A DNA stretch of 64,000 nucleotides from an uncultured Actinomycetota bacterium (GTDB lineage Bacteria > Actinomycetota > Actinomycetes > JAFAQI01). The stretch is taken from positions 192,001 through 256,000 of the forward strand of contig CAVYQE010000001.1 in the NCBI GenBank assembly GCA_963770565.1, in the 5' to 3' direction. The stretch's first letter is position 1, and each line of letters starts with the position of its first letter. The notes below the pieces were generated by a model, which saw only the letters and a list, made by a program, of their open reading frames with translations, ran no database searches and was not told the origin of the DNA. The translations under genes were made by a program, and so were the position numbers. Positions 43,571-54,626 of the stretch are shown here, in pieces.

Positions 43571-45998
43571 TCATCCCGCCTCGGCAGGCCGGCGGAATCG
43601 AAGAAAGTCGTGACCGGCGATCCGCTCAAGAATCCCGTTTCAATCCGCCGCCGGTCTTTCGACCGGCGGAATCGGGCGACCATCTGGAACACGTAAACGC
43701 CCAGTTTCAATCCGCCGCCGGTCTTTCGACCGGCGGAATCGTCCGTGTAGAGGATGATGCTCGAGTAGACAAAGTGTTTCAATCCGCCGCCGGTCTTTCG
43801 ACCGGCGGAATCGCCGTAGTCGCGGGCGTCGGCCTCGGCTTGCAAACGGGTTTCAATCCGCCGCCGGTCTTTCGACCGGCGGAATCCACAAACGGCTGTA
43901 TCAATTCTTCGCCGACGGCTGTTTCAATCCGCCGCCGGTCTTTCGACCGGCGGAATCAGCCTTATGCCGTAAGGAGTTACGGAAATGGTTGCAAGTTTCA
44001 ATCCGCCGCCGGTCTTTCGACCGGCGGAATCGGTTCAGTTCCTCGGCGTCAATCGCAAGCCGCAAGGTTTCAATCCGCCGCCGGTCTTGCGACCGGCGGA
44101 ATCCCGGAGGAGGTTGACCGGGCCATGGCGAACGGTCGTTTCAATCCGCCGCCGGTCTTTCGACCGGCGGAATCCGTGCGTTGCAGAGTGTGACCGCCGG
44201 GCTTGCGTGTTTCAATCCGCCGCCGGTCTTTCGACCGGCGGAATCTATGCTCTACATCCTCGCCAATCGATCAAACTTTCGTTTCAATCCGCCGCCGGTC
44301 TTTCGACCGGCGGAATCGATAAATCCGACGCTGCCCGGCTCGAGAACGCCAGTTTCAATCCGCCGCCGGTCTTGCGACCGGCGGAATCCGTCACGCTGCG
44401 CATGGCTAGCGGCACGATCGACGTTTCAATCCGCCGCCGGTCACGCGACCGGCGGAATCCGTGGAACGGACGCAGCCGCGTCTCGCTTCACTTGTTTCAA
44501 TCCGCCGCCGGTCACGCGACCGGCGGAATCGCCTACGCCCCTTAACTCTCTGAGGTGATTTATGTTTCAATCCGCCGCCGGTCATTCGACCGGCGGAATC
44601 GTCGCGCCGATCAGTGCACCAATCACGGGCCGAATACACGTTTCAATCCGCCGCCGGTCATGCGACCGGCGGAATCGATGTTCGTTGGCAACGTCGCCGC
44701 GCGGCGGCCAAGCTGGTTTCAATCCGCCGCCGGTCACGCGACCGGCGGAATCGGACGGATAACACGTCGAGCATCTCGCAAGCGGTTTCAATCCGCCGCC
44801 GGTCACGCGACCGGCGGAATCTGACCGCTGAGGCTTTATGATCCTCAGCTCAAGATGTTTCAATCCGCCGCCGGTCTTTGACCGGCGGAATCAGTAGCAG
44901 CGATTTGGGCCGACGGGTGGCAGGGGGTTTCAATCCGCCGCCGGTCACGCGACCGGCGGAATCCTACTATATATAGTGACTAACCGATAAGGCTTGTGTG
45001 TTTCAATCCGCCGCCGGTCACGCGACCGGCGGAATCGCGGGCTGCGAATCGGCCTGCTCGACGATCTATGGTTTCTCCGCCGCCGTCGTCGACGCATCGC
45101 ATCACCCGCTGCATGCACTGGATAATGTGTTTCAATCCGCCGCCGGTCTTTCGACCGGCGGAATCGCCGCCGTTGTCCTGCTGCCGCGTGGTCGATACGA
45201 GCGTTTCAATCCGCCGCCGGTCATGCGACCGGCGGAATCGCGGCTGACGGCATGCGACTGTCAAAGAGCAAATCCTGTTTCAATCCGCCGCCGGTCACGC
45301 GACCGGCGGAATCTCAGCTACCAAACGGCCGCACTCTACCCGTTGGCGTTTCAATCCGCCGCCGGTCACTCGACCGGCGGAATCGATCGCAGTGCTGAGT
45401 CACAGCCGTTGATCCATCGGGTTTCAATCCGCCGCCGGTCTCTCGACCGGCGGAATCTCGTCGGGTCGCATACGGCTAGACGATCAGTGATCAGCGTTTC
45501 AATCCGCCGCCGGTCATGCGACCGGCGGAATCGCTGGCTGATTAGACGCCGCCCATAACGGACCGTCCATGTTTCAATCCGCCGCCGGTCTTTCGACCGG
45601 CGGAATCTTGCCACGAACTGAGGACCGTTGAACACGGATTGTTTCAATCCGCCGCCGGTCTTTCGACCGGCGGAATGAGTGCGAACTGATCGAGGACGAG
45701 TGCAATGATGGGTTTCAATCCGCCGCCGGTCTTTCGACCGGCGGAATCGCGAGCGTTTACGGTGGACGCGTCAATTCTCCGGTTTCAATCCGCCGCCGGT
45801 CTTTCGACCGGCGGAATCGGCCCGAGGCCGGTTAGACCGCCGCCTCCTGACCCGGCGAATGGCCTATGGACCGGCTGCATACTCGGGATTTGCTGATTTG
45901 TCCGGTGCAACATCTGGACGCCTGTTCGGCTTGCGGACGCGAAGGAAGCGTGGCAAGCTAGGAGTAGGTGATTTGTGTCCCCTCAACGGAGAATCGCT

Positions 45999-46214
45999 AT
46001 GCGACCACCCCAAAGCAACGTCGAGCAATTGGCAGGCATGTTGGTGAGTATGATCGTCGGAGCGTTCTGCATCGTCTTCATTTCCCCATTTCTTCTGGCT
46101 GTCGCCTTCACCTGGCCTAGAGTCTTTTTGATCGGCTTGGCGGCGCTGCTCTGCACGCTCGCCGGGATTGGGTTCCATCGCCTTTTCCGCCGACTATTCG
46201 TTCGGCGGAATTAG
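45999..46214 (+). CDS. 71-aa predicted membrane protein encoded inside the giant CRISPR spacer
   Basis: GGAGA RBS-like motif, ATG, two hydrophobic helices, basic C-terminus (HRLFRRLFVRRN). Confidence 0.6.
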   Translation: MRPPQSNVEQLAGMLVSMIVGAFCIVFISPFLLAVAFTWPRVFLIGLAALLCTLAGIGFHRLFRRLFVRRN

Positions 46215-46529
46215 ACCGTTGATCCACTCTTCGAAGCTACTCTTAAAAAGCGGCGGATTGCCACCGTTATTGTACTGGATTGGCAGCCAGCTTCCGTCGC
46301 CAGAAATTGCGGTATTCCACGGATTTTCGCGGTAGTTGAAGAATAAATGCACGTCGTAGATATTGTTGCCCTGCCAATCTCCATAAGGGGCAATCACGAC
46401 GGAATCGAACAGCAATGTCAGCGCATCGGCACCAAAAATTGGATTTGCGTTGATCGTACCGCAGTATTTCTGCACTGAGCAGATTGCCGCGTTCGTCAAC
46501 ACCGTGGCCGTGGACGCGTCAATTCTCCG
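46194..46529 (-). pseudogene. 5'-truncated 3' part of a foreign (possibly phage) gene inside the giant spacer
   Basis: Frame open from the repeat boundary: RRIDASTATVLTNAAICSVQKYCGTINANPIFGADALTLLF...YRENPWN...PPNE*; AT-richer than the host genes. Confidence 0.5.
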
Positions 46530-49500
46530 GTTTCAATCCGCCGCCGGTCTTTCGACCGGCGGAATCTTCGGCGGGGCCAGTCATTCGCCGGCCCGTGACG
46601 TTTCAATCCGCCGCCGGTCTTTCGACCGGCGGAATCCGACAGTCGCGGTCGTCTTATTGCAGCAGGCATGGTTTCAATCCGCCGCCGGTCTTTTGACCGG
46701 CGGAATCGCACAGGGCCGGAACATCCGCCAGGGCGGCACGGTTTCAATCCGCCGCCGGTCTTTCGACCGGCGGAATCTCGCCGATCGGACGTCAGCGACT
46801 CGGAACGAAGCGTTTCAATCCGCCGCCGGTCTTTCGACCGGCGGAATCGGAAGTGCCGTCGATGCACGTCAGCCCGCTGTGTTTCAATCCGCCGCCGGTC
46901 TTTCGACCGGCGGAATCGCGGCGACCGATTCTATCGCCGCGAGCATCGTGGTTTCAATCCGCCGCCGGTCTTTTGACCGGCGGAATCCGGCTCCGCGTGA
47001 CTTTAGCCATTCAGCGGGTCATGTTTCAATCCGCCGCCGGTCTTTTGACCGGCGGAATCGCCGAACGAAATGCCCTGCCGGATCAACAGCAGTTTCAATC
47101 CGCCGCCGGTCTTTCGACCGGCGGAATCATCTGTGAGCCGCGTGATCCATTCCAGTCGATGTTTCAATCCGCCGCCGGTCTTTCGACCGGCGGAATCGCC
47201 GAACGCACACGGTGTCGCGAGGAGCCGCTCGTTTCAATCCGCCGCCGGTCTTTCGACCGGCGGAATCGGTGCATGATCTGCACTGCCAGGCCTTGCGGAT
47301 GGTTTCAATCCGCCGCCGGTCTTTCGACCGGCGGAATCGCTCGTCAACTCGTCGCGGCAATGCGAACGGCAATCGTTTCAATCCGCCGCCGGTCTTTTGA
47401 CCGGCGGAATCTCTCTTGCGGCGGGATGCACGGCATCGTGATCGGGTTTCAATCCGCCGCCGGTCTTTCGACCGGCGGAATCGGGGCCCGCGTCGAACGC
47501 TCCGCTCGCTCCAAATGTTTCAATCCGCCGCCGGTCTTTCGACCGGCGGAATCGCCGACTTCGTCGAGCGGGCGATGGTCGTGGATTGTTTCAATCCGCC
47601 GCCGGTCTTTTGACCGGCGGAATCCGAGGATGCGGCTATGCAGCTGCGACGAATCGAGACGTTTCAATCCGCCGCCGGTCTTTCGACCGGCGGAATCGCA
47701 TAGCCGCCAAGGGGACCGACGCGGGCTGTCGGTTTCAATCCGCCGCCGGTCTTTCGACCGGCGGAATCCGACACGTTAGCATCGTGCCGATGACGCCTCC
47801 GAGTTTCAATCCGCCGCCGGTCTTTCGACCGGCGGAATCCATCCGTCCGCCAAGGGGTGAACTGATCAGTAGTTTCAATCCGCCGCCGGTCTTCGACCGG
47901 CGGAATCCGGCCATAATCCCGCACGAAAGTTAAGGCCGTTAGTTTCAATCCGCCGCCGGTCTTTCGACCGGCGGAATCGGCTTCATATCCGAATGTCTCG
48001 AATTGGAAAAGTTTCAATCCGCCGCCGGTCTTTCGACCGGCGGAATCCGATGCTCGGCTGAGTTGTAGAGGATTCCGGTTTCAATCCGCCGCCGGTCTTT
48101 CGACCGGCGGAATCGGTGCGTCGAACGCGGGATCGCTGACGTCACGGTTTCAATCCGCCGCCGGTCTTTCGACCGGCGGAATCTGCTGGCGTTCGATCGG
48201 CACTTCGCCGCGCAGTAGGGTTTCAATCCGCCGCCGGTCTTGCGACCGGCGGAATCAAGGTGATACGCACGTGGAAGGACTGATTGCGGTTTCAATCCGC
48301 CGCCGGTCTTTCGACCGGCGGAATCGCTGAATCTAAACGCAGATAATCTGACCGGCGGTCGTTTCAATCCGCCGCCGGTCTTTCGACCGGCGGAATCTTG
48401 ACTCTCGACCGCGATGCAAGCGGAGCTATCAGTTTCAATCCGCCGCCGGTCATTCGACCGGCGGAATCGGAGACCCTTGACGCCGCCGCGCCGAGAAGTT
48501 TCAATCCGCCGCCGGTCTTTCGACCGGCGGAATCGAATGGTGTTCATCGCCGATAACATGCCACTCGATGTTTCAATCCGCCGCCGGTCTTTCGACCGGC
48601 GGAATCGGCGAGACGAACAGCGAAGACTTCAACCGACAGTTTCAATCCGCCGCCGGTCTTTCGACCGGCGGAATCCGCCGGTCATGTCGGCGATCCGGCG
48701 GAATCCCGGTCGAATTCGGCAATGTTTCAATCCGCCGCCGGTCTTTCGACCGGCGGAATCCGGCATCCGTAAGCAATTGCCTCGCCGGTTCATGTTTCAA
48801 TCCGCCGCCGGTCTTTTGACCGGCGGAATCCAAATTGCCACTCGCATGGTGAGTAGGTGTTTCAATCCGCCGCCGGTCTTTCGACCGGCGGAATCAACTG
48901 CGTGCCCGGAGACGATACGAAGTTTCAATCCGCCGCCGGTCTTTCGACCGGCGGAATCGGCAGCACCGTCGATCACCGCTCAAACAGGTTTCAATCCGCC
49001 GCCGGTCTTTCGACCGGCGGAATCGATGGCGGTTTACTTCGCCGTCCCGAGCGCCACGGTTTCAATCCGCCGCCGGTCTTTCGACCGGCGGAATCGGGTT
49101 GTCACCATCGCGAAACCTGGAAATCAATGTTTCAATCCGCCGCCGGTCTTTCGACCGGCGGAATCGAGTGCTGCGCAGTTCTCACGGGTAGACGCAGGTT
49201 GTTTCAATCCGCCGCCGGTCTTTCGACCGGCGGAATCGCGATCGGACTCACTCTGCCGTATAGAATCCGGCGTGTTTCAATCCGCCGCCGGTCTTTCGAC
49301 CGGCGGAATCAGTGCAGATCGCAGATCATCGTCGCAACGTCAGCGATGGTTTCAATCCGCCGCCGGTCTTTCGACCGGCGGAATCGCGACGCCACTCCGA
49401 GCTACGATTTGCACGATGTTTCAATCCGCCGCCGGTCTTTCGACCGGCGGAATCCGAGCTCGAATCACGGCGAAATTGCTCGATGGATGTTTCAATCCGC

Positions 49501-51083
49501 CGCCGGTCTTTCGACCGGCGGAATCAGCATTCGAGCACATCAAACGTCCTAGGCGTATCTGTTTCAATCCGCCGCCGGTCTTTCGACCGGCGGAATCGTG
49601 ACGTGCATGTGTCTTCCCGATTTCCGCAGCTGTTTCAATCCGCCGCCGGTCTTTCGACCGGCGGAATCTCGACCGCTCCGTGACTTTGCACAGCACTGAA
49701 CGTTTCAATCCGCCGCCGGTCTTTCGACCGGCGGAATCGCGTGCGCGGTTCGCAGTGGCAAGATAGTTTCTGTTTCAATCCGCCGCCGGTCTTTCGACCG
49801 GCGGAATCGTCTCCGCAACGGTCGTCATGCCGACGTCGATGTTTCAATCCGCCGCCGGTCTTTCGACCGGCGGAATCTCTGTCTCGCGGTCAGCCACGCC
49901 GATTTGTAAGTTTCAATCCGCCGCCGGTCTTTCGACCGGCGGAATCGCTCTGTGTTGGAATGCGCTGACAGATGATCCGTTTCAATCCGCCGCCGGTCTT
50001 TCGACCGGCGGAATCGTCGGCACCGATCTTTCGATGCATCATGTTCTTATGTTTCAATCCGCCGCCGGTCTTTCGACCGGCGGAATCGCGGCGTGGAGTT
50101 ATCAGGCCGACGTCGAGCTTGTTTCAATCCGCCGCCGGTCTTTCGACCGGCGGAATCCGGCGACTGTGCACGCCATGCCGACATGGCAACGAGGTTTCAA
50201 TCCGCCGCCGGTCTTTCGACCGGCGGAATCGGCCGGACAGATATCTGTTACGACTGTCGATCGAACTGTTTCAATCCGCCGCCGGTCTTTCGACCGGCGG
50301 AATCGGCGGCATTGAACGCCGAAGCCGTTGACTGCTGCTGTTTCAATCCGCCGCCGGTCTTTCGACCGGCGGAATCGGTCGCAGTCGCGGCATGAATCGC
50401 ACATCAGACGAAGTTTCAATCCGCCGCCGGTCTTTCGACCGGCGGAATGCGACACCGGAACGCGATCTGCGCGCGATGTAGATGTTTCAATCCGCCGCCG
50501 GTCTTTCGACCGGCGGAATCGGCGGCAAGTCGGGCAGACACGTCGGAGATACAGTTTCAATCCGCCGCCGGTCTTTCGACCGGCGGAATCATAGCTGACC
50601 GCAGCATCGACCGCAAGCGCCGTAGCATCGTTTCAATCCGCCGCCGGTCTTTCGACCGGCGGAATCGAGCTCGAGCGTCGAACATGTCGAGCTGTACACA
50701 TGTTTCAATCCGCCGCCGGTCTTTCGACCGGCGGAATCGCCGGTGCACTGCTGATCGGACGCCGTGTCAGATGTTTCAATCCGCCGCCGGTCTTTCGACC
50801 GGCGGAATCGCTGATTCGTCCACTGGCGGACGATCCACTACATTGTTTCAATCCGCCGCCGGTCTTTCGACCGGCGGAATCGCGTCGCTGCTCATTCTGC
50901 CGGCAGTTCTGCATGTTTCAATCCGCCGCCGGTCTTTCGACCGGCGGAATCGTCGTGCCATCGCGTGAACCATGTCGAAATGTTTCAATCCGCCGCCGGT
51001 CTTTCGACCGGCGGAATCTGAAGGTGATTCGGCTCGGCGGCACTTCGTTTCAATCCGCCGCCGGTCTTTCGACCGGCGGAATC

Positions 51084-51293
51084 CGCTGGCTTCCCAAGTC
51101 GAAGGCTGGCAATCGGTTGCGCTGGTCAATCGCGGACCTCCAGCAGCGCGGGGCAATCGCCGTTTTGTCGCAGCCATGTCGTCGCCCTAACTCGAGAAGA
51201 ATGCCCGACTTGCAGCTTCCGCGAACTCCCCGGCAAAATCGCCGGCGCTTGGGGTCCGCGAACGGCCGATCGGCCGGGCCAGCAGTGCCGCCA
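51084..51293 (-). promoter_or_regulatory. CRISPR leader
   Basis: Non-coding segment between the cas2 stop and the first repeat; imperfect inverted motif GCGGACCCC...GGGAGTTCGC on the - strand. Confidence 0.75.
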
Positions 51294-51575
51294 TCATATC
51301 ACGAGCGGGCCGTCCATGTCGGTCGGCTCGTGCGCCATGATGTTCGACACGCGTATCGCCGTCGAGGAAGTAGAAGCGGAGCGAGTCCTCGCGCGCCTCG
51401 ATCAATCCCACCAGCCGGGGCGCAATCGCACCCACTCCGTCGTCCCGACAAGGCACTCGAAAACCGACTTCTGTACTCGCTGCCCAAAGTCCTCGCAACA
51501 TTGGGCCACCTGCCGCAGCCGCTTGCAGCCCGCGGGAGTCGCCGTCGCCACGTCGTAAACGATGAGAACTTTCAT
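51294..51575 (-). CDS. cas2: CRISPR-associated endonuclease Cas2, frameshifted
   Basis: MKVLIVYDVAT...KRLRQVAQCCEDFGQRVQKSVFEC...EDSLRFYFL. Confidence 0.95.
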
Positions 51576-51681
51576 GGTTCGCCGTAGACCATCGCCGCCA
51601 TGAGGCAATACTTATGCGCCGCGTCGCAAACGATGGGGACGTTCATGGTTCGCCGGCCTCCGCGGCCCCCAGCCTTGCCGC

Positions 51682-52716
51682 TCAGTTCTTGGGGACGAAC
51701 GGAACGTAATCGGCCAAATCGCCGCGGATGTGCCGCGCCAGAATGCGGGCTTGCAAAAAGGGCATGCGGCCGAACGTCGTCTTCTGCGCGAGCAGCGGAT
51801 GCATCAACTCCTCGCGCTTTCGCCGGTGATACTCCGCGAGCACGATGCGCCGCGTCGCGTCGTTCATCTCGACGCTGCCGCCGTCGCGCGTCGTGAATCC
51901 CTCGGCCTTGACCTGCTGCCGATTGACCAGGGCCAGCGCCAGCCGATCGGCCGCCAGCGCGCGGAACTCCTCCATGAGATCGAGCGCCAAGCCGGGCCGG
52001 CCGGGTCGATCGACGTGCAGGAACCCGACATTTGGATCGAGTCCCGCCGCCGCCGCCGCCGACACGCAATCGTTCAACAACATGCCGTACAGAAACGACA
52101 ACAGCGCGTTCATCGGATCGAGCGGGGGTCGGCGCGACCGCCCCTTGGGCGCGAACGTCGCACGCTCGTTGCGGACGAGGGCGGGAAACGCGGCAAAATA
52201 GTTTCGGGCGGCATCCCCTTCATACCCGCGAACCGAATCGACGGACTCCGCGACCGGCAACCGGGGAATGGCGTCGGCCAGCCGCGCGGCGGCTTGTTGC
52301 AGGGCTTGCCGATCGCCCGCGTCGTCGGTCTCGCGGGCGCCGCGGAGGATCAGATTGCGGCAGTTGTGAATTTTGCCGGCCACGACCTGGGCCGTGATTT
52401 GCCGGATGCGATCCGGCAGGCTGGCCAAGCGAAATTGCTCGCGGCGGAGCAGAACGTTCCCCGAGCCGGGGGCGTCGACGCGGGCCCGCAGCCGGCCCGA
52501 CTCGGTGAGGAAATTGACGGCCACTCCGTTATCCGCGCAGAGGCCCATCGCGCCGGGCGTGACATGCACGCCGCCGAACGCAGCCACCGATTCCAATTGA
52601 TGCACGGGGACCGCGAGCTTCACCTTGCGCTCGACGACGACTTGCAGGGTGAGATGGTCGCGGCGGATCGACGATCCGCGCGTCACGACATAGAGCGTGT
52701 TGAGTTGGATTTCCAT
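51682..52716 (-). CDS. cas1: Type I-C Cas1
   Basis: LNTLYV, GNVLLRREQF, RGYEGDAARNYF, RSRRPPLDPMNALLSFLY, GFLHVDRPGRPGLALDLMEEFR. Confidence 0.98.
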   Translation of the reverse strand: MEIQLNTLYVVTRGSSIRRDHLTLQVVVERKVKLAVPVHQLESVAAFGGVHVTPGAMGLCADNGVAVNFLTESGRLRARVDAPGSGNVLLRREQFRLASLPDRIRQITAQVVAGKIHNCRNLILRGARETDDAGDRQALQQAAARLADAIPRLPVAESVDSVRGYEGDAARNYFAAFPALVRNERATFAPKGRSRRPPLDPMNALLSFLYGMLLNDCVSAAAAAGLDPNVGFLHVDRPGRPGLALDLMEEFRALAADRLALALVNRQQVKAEGFTTRDGGSVEMNDATRRIVLAEYHRRKREELMHPLLAQKTTFGRMPFLQARILARHIRGDLADYVPFVPKN

Positions 52717-52722
52717 GGCGGA

Positions 52723-53602
52723 TCACTTCGATGGGAGAACCTCGCCGGCCGCGTCGCCGACGGTGAACAATTCGGCTGCCGCTCGGCGATAGGCCGCCGG
52801 GGCGGAGACCAATTCCGGCAAGCAAAGTGCATACAGCGAGCATTGCCGGCATTTCGGGTGCAGGATCGGCGGGGGCGTGACGCCGCAGGCGAGCAGCTCA
52901 TGCAAGCGGGCGGCGGCGTCGCTCGTTTTGCGGCGCAGCGATGCATCGAAGGCGACGTCGCGCCGCCGCCGAGATTTGACGTGGAAAATCGCCCCCCGCG
53001 GCACGAACACGCCCAGCATTTCCTCGAGGCAGATCGCCTGGGCACAGAGCTGCACGTCGTCGTTGTCCCACTTCCGCCTCTTCCCGCGCTTGTACTCGAT
53101 GGGAAACGGCGTCTCGGCGGCGTCCTGGGGAAACAGCGGCGGCGGCGGGCCATGGAGCGGGGTTCGCCAAGATTCCAAGCCGGAGTCGCGCGGCTTGTTG
53201 CGCGGCGGGACAACTCCCTCACCCCCGTTCGACAAGCTCGCGGCAGGCAGGCCCTCTGTCGTCAAGGGAGAGGGAGCGGACAAGGGGGAACTCGAAATAT
53301 TCCCGGCCGGACCTTCGTTTGGCGGCGGATGAAACTCGACCAGATCGGCCACGCCGACCAGCCGCAGCCGATGACTCACCAGCCGCAGCCCGCGCCGTTC
53401 GAAACGGCACCTCCTCGGCATCCCGCGGCTCATGCGCCCGCCGATGATCGAGTGTCCCCGCCTGGGTGTGCATATTCTCGACCCAAATCCCCTCCAGCCG
53501 ATGCAGCGCGCACCGCCGCGGGCAGAACAACAGATCGTTCAACGCCGAAAGCGGCGGATAGTCGTCGGAAACGGCATTGGTCGTGGCGGGATCGCTCGAC
53601 AT
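52723..53602 (-). CDS. cas4: Cas4 with ~70-aa Pro-rich insertion, frameshifted
   Basis: LSALNDLLFCPRRCAL, GVADLVEFH, PIEYKRG, VQLCAQAICLEEM, KCRQCSLYALC. Confidence 0.95.
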
Positions 53603-53651
53603 GGTCTCGCATCTCCACGGGGCTGAAACCGGTTTTGCACCGCCGCAACCT

Positions 53652-54586
53652 TCAGCCAACCATCCTGTGCAACCTAACGCCAGCGGGCAAGTCTTTCTCG
53701 TCGATTGCGATTTGCGGCCGATAATCGTCAAAGCCGCGAGGGGCCTTATCGGGGCCGAGAGCGGGGGTTCGGATACGGGCGAACAAGTCTGCGCCGGCGC
53801 GGCGCCGAGAGGCGAATCGTGCTCGAAGACATACAGCCCGCGAGTACACATCAAGCCGCGGCTGGCCGAACGATCGATTTCCCACATCACTCCTTTGAGC
53901 GCCGACCAAAGCAATTCCAGATCGGCGTCGGAGAAGCCGGTATCGCGAGCCAAATACGGGCTGACGAAGCCGTGGCAGCGATAGAGCGCGTAAGGGATCG
54001 TATTCTTGCGGCCCATGGTTCCCGTAATGCTGCCGTCCTTTTCGGATTGTTTTTTGGCCTCATCTTCGGTCGTAACGGACTTTCTTGTAATCGAAAACTC
54101 CAGCGGAACGATCACGTCGAGGGAGCGCGCGAATGTGATCTGGACGGGGCCGCGAACTTGGCCGCAGTTCACCCCGGTTGTCATCACAGCACCGAAAGCG
54201 CGGATGTCGTAGAAGTTCTCGCACATCCAATGGCGAGCCTTGCCGGTGTTTTCGGCTTTCTTTCTGGCGTCCTTTTCATCGGCGGCGCCGACGGCGGCAT
54301 GGGCTCGCTGGTGCTGGAGATTAAGAACCCGTTTCTCGTAGACCGCATCCTGCGTCTGAAAGTAGAGTTCGCAACCCGGGCGATTCTCGGCCAATACCGA
54401 GATGGCGTTGCGAATCTTCCGCTTCAAGCAACCATCCGTGACCAGACCTTGGAGCGATTGCGGATCGATGCGCGGCATGTTGCCGGAATCCGGATCGCCA
54501 TTGGGATTGCCGTCCAAAACGTCGAAAAGAAACGCGAAATCGTATCGCCGTGAAACGGGAAGGGCCGAAGTTGCTACTGTCGCCAT
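53652..54586 (-). CDS. cas7: Type I-C Cas7 (Csd2), frameshift near 3' end
   Basis: RRYDFAFLFDVLDGNPNGDPDSGNMPRIDP, DGCLKRKIRN, FYDIRAFGAVM, GQVRGPVQ, TMGRKNTIPYALY. Confidence 0.97.
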
Positions 54587-54626
54587 AATGGAATTCTCCA
54601 AATGAGGATGGTCCGTGGTTGTTTAC

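Larger units (their letters stand above)
43637..51083 (-). CRISPR. Type I-C CRISPR array, ~95 repeats (about 31 + 65 either side of a 711-bp giant spacer); repeat on - strand GATTCCGCCGGTCGAAAGACCGGCGGCGGATTGAAAC (37 bp)
   Basis: 37-bp hairpin repeat ending ATTGAAAC, unique spacers mostly 30-39 bp, adjacent to cas2; degenerate trailer repeat ~43571-43599; counted by eye. Confidence 0.99.

Noticed and set aside
45037-45128. Apparent 92-bp spacer
   Set aside because: It contains a deleted/degenerate repeat (gtttctccgccgccgtcgtcgacgcatc, ~45071-45098), so it is two ordinary spacers; possibly sequencing error.
43637-51083. Self-targeting spacers within the window
   Set aside because: Apart from the 20-bp match described in the findings, none was spotted by eye; an exhaustive alignment was not possible.
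43534-51190. Many ORFs with FQSAAGLSTGGI / VSIRRRSFDRRN / FNPPPVFRPAES motifs
   Set aside because: These are translations of the CRISPR repeat.
53219-54601. Cas7-Cas4 fusion ORF
   Set aside because: An indel near 53790 shifts the frame; the normal Cas7 C-terminus ends at 53652.
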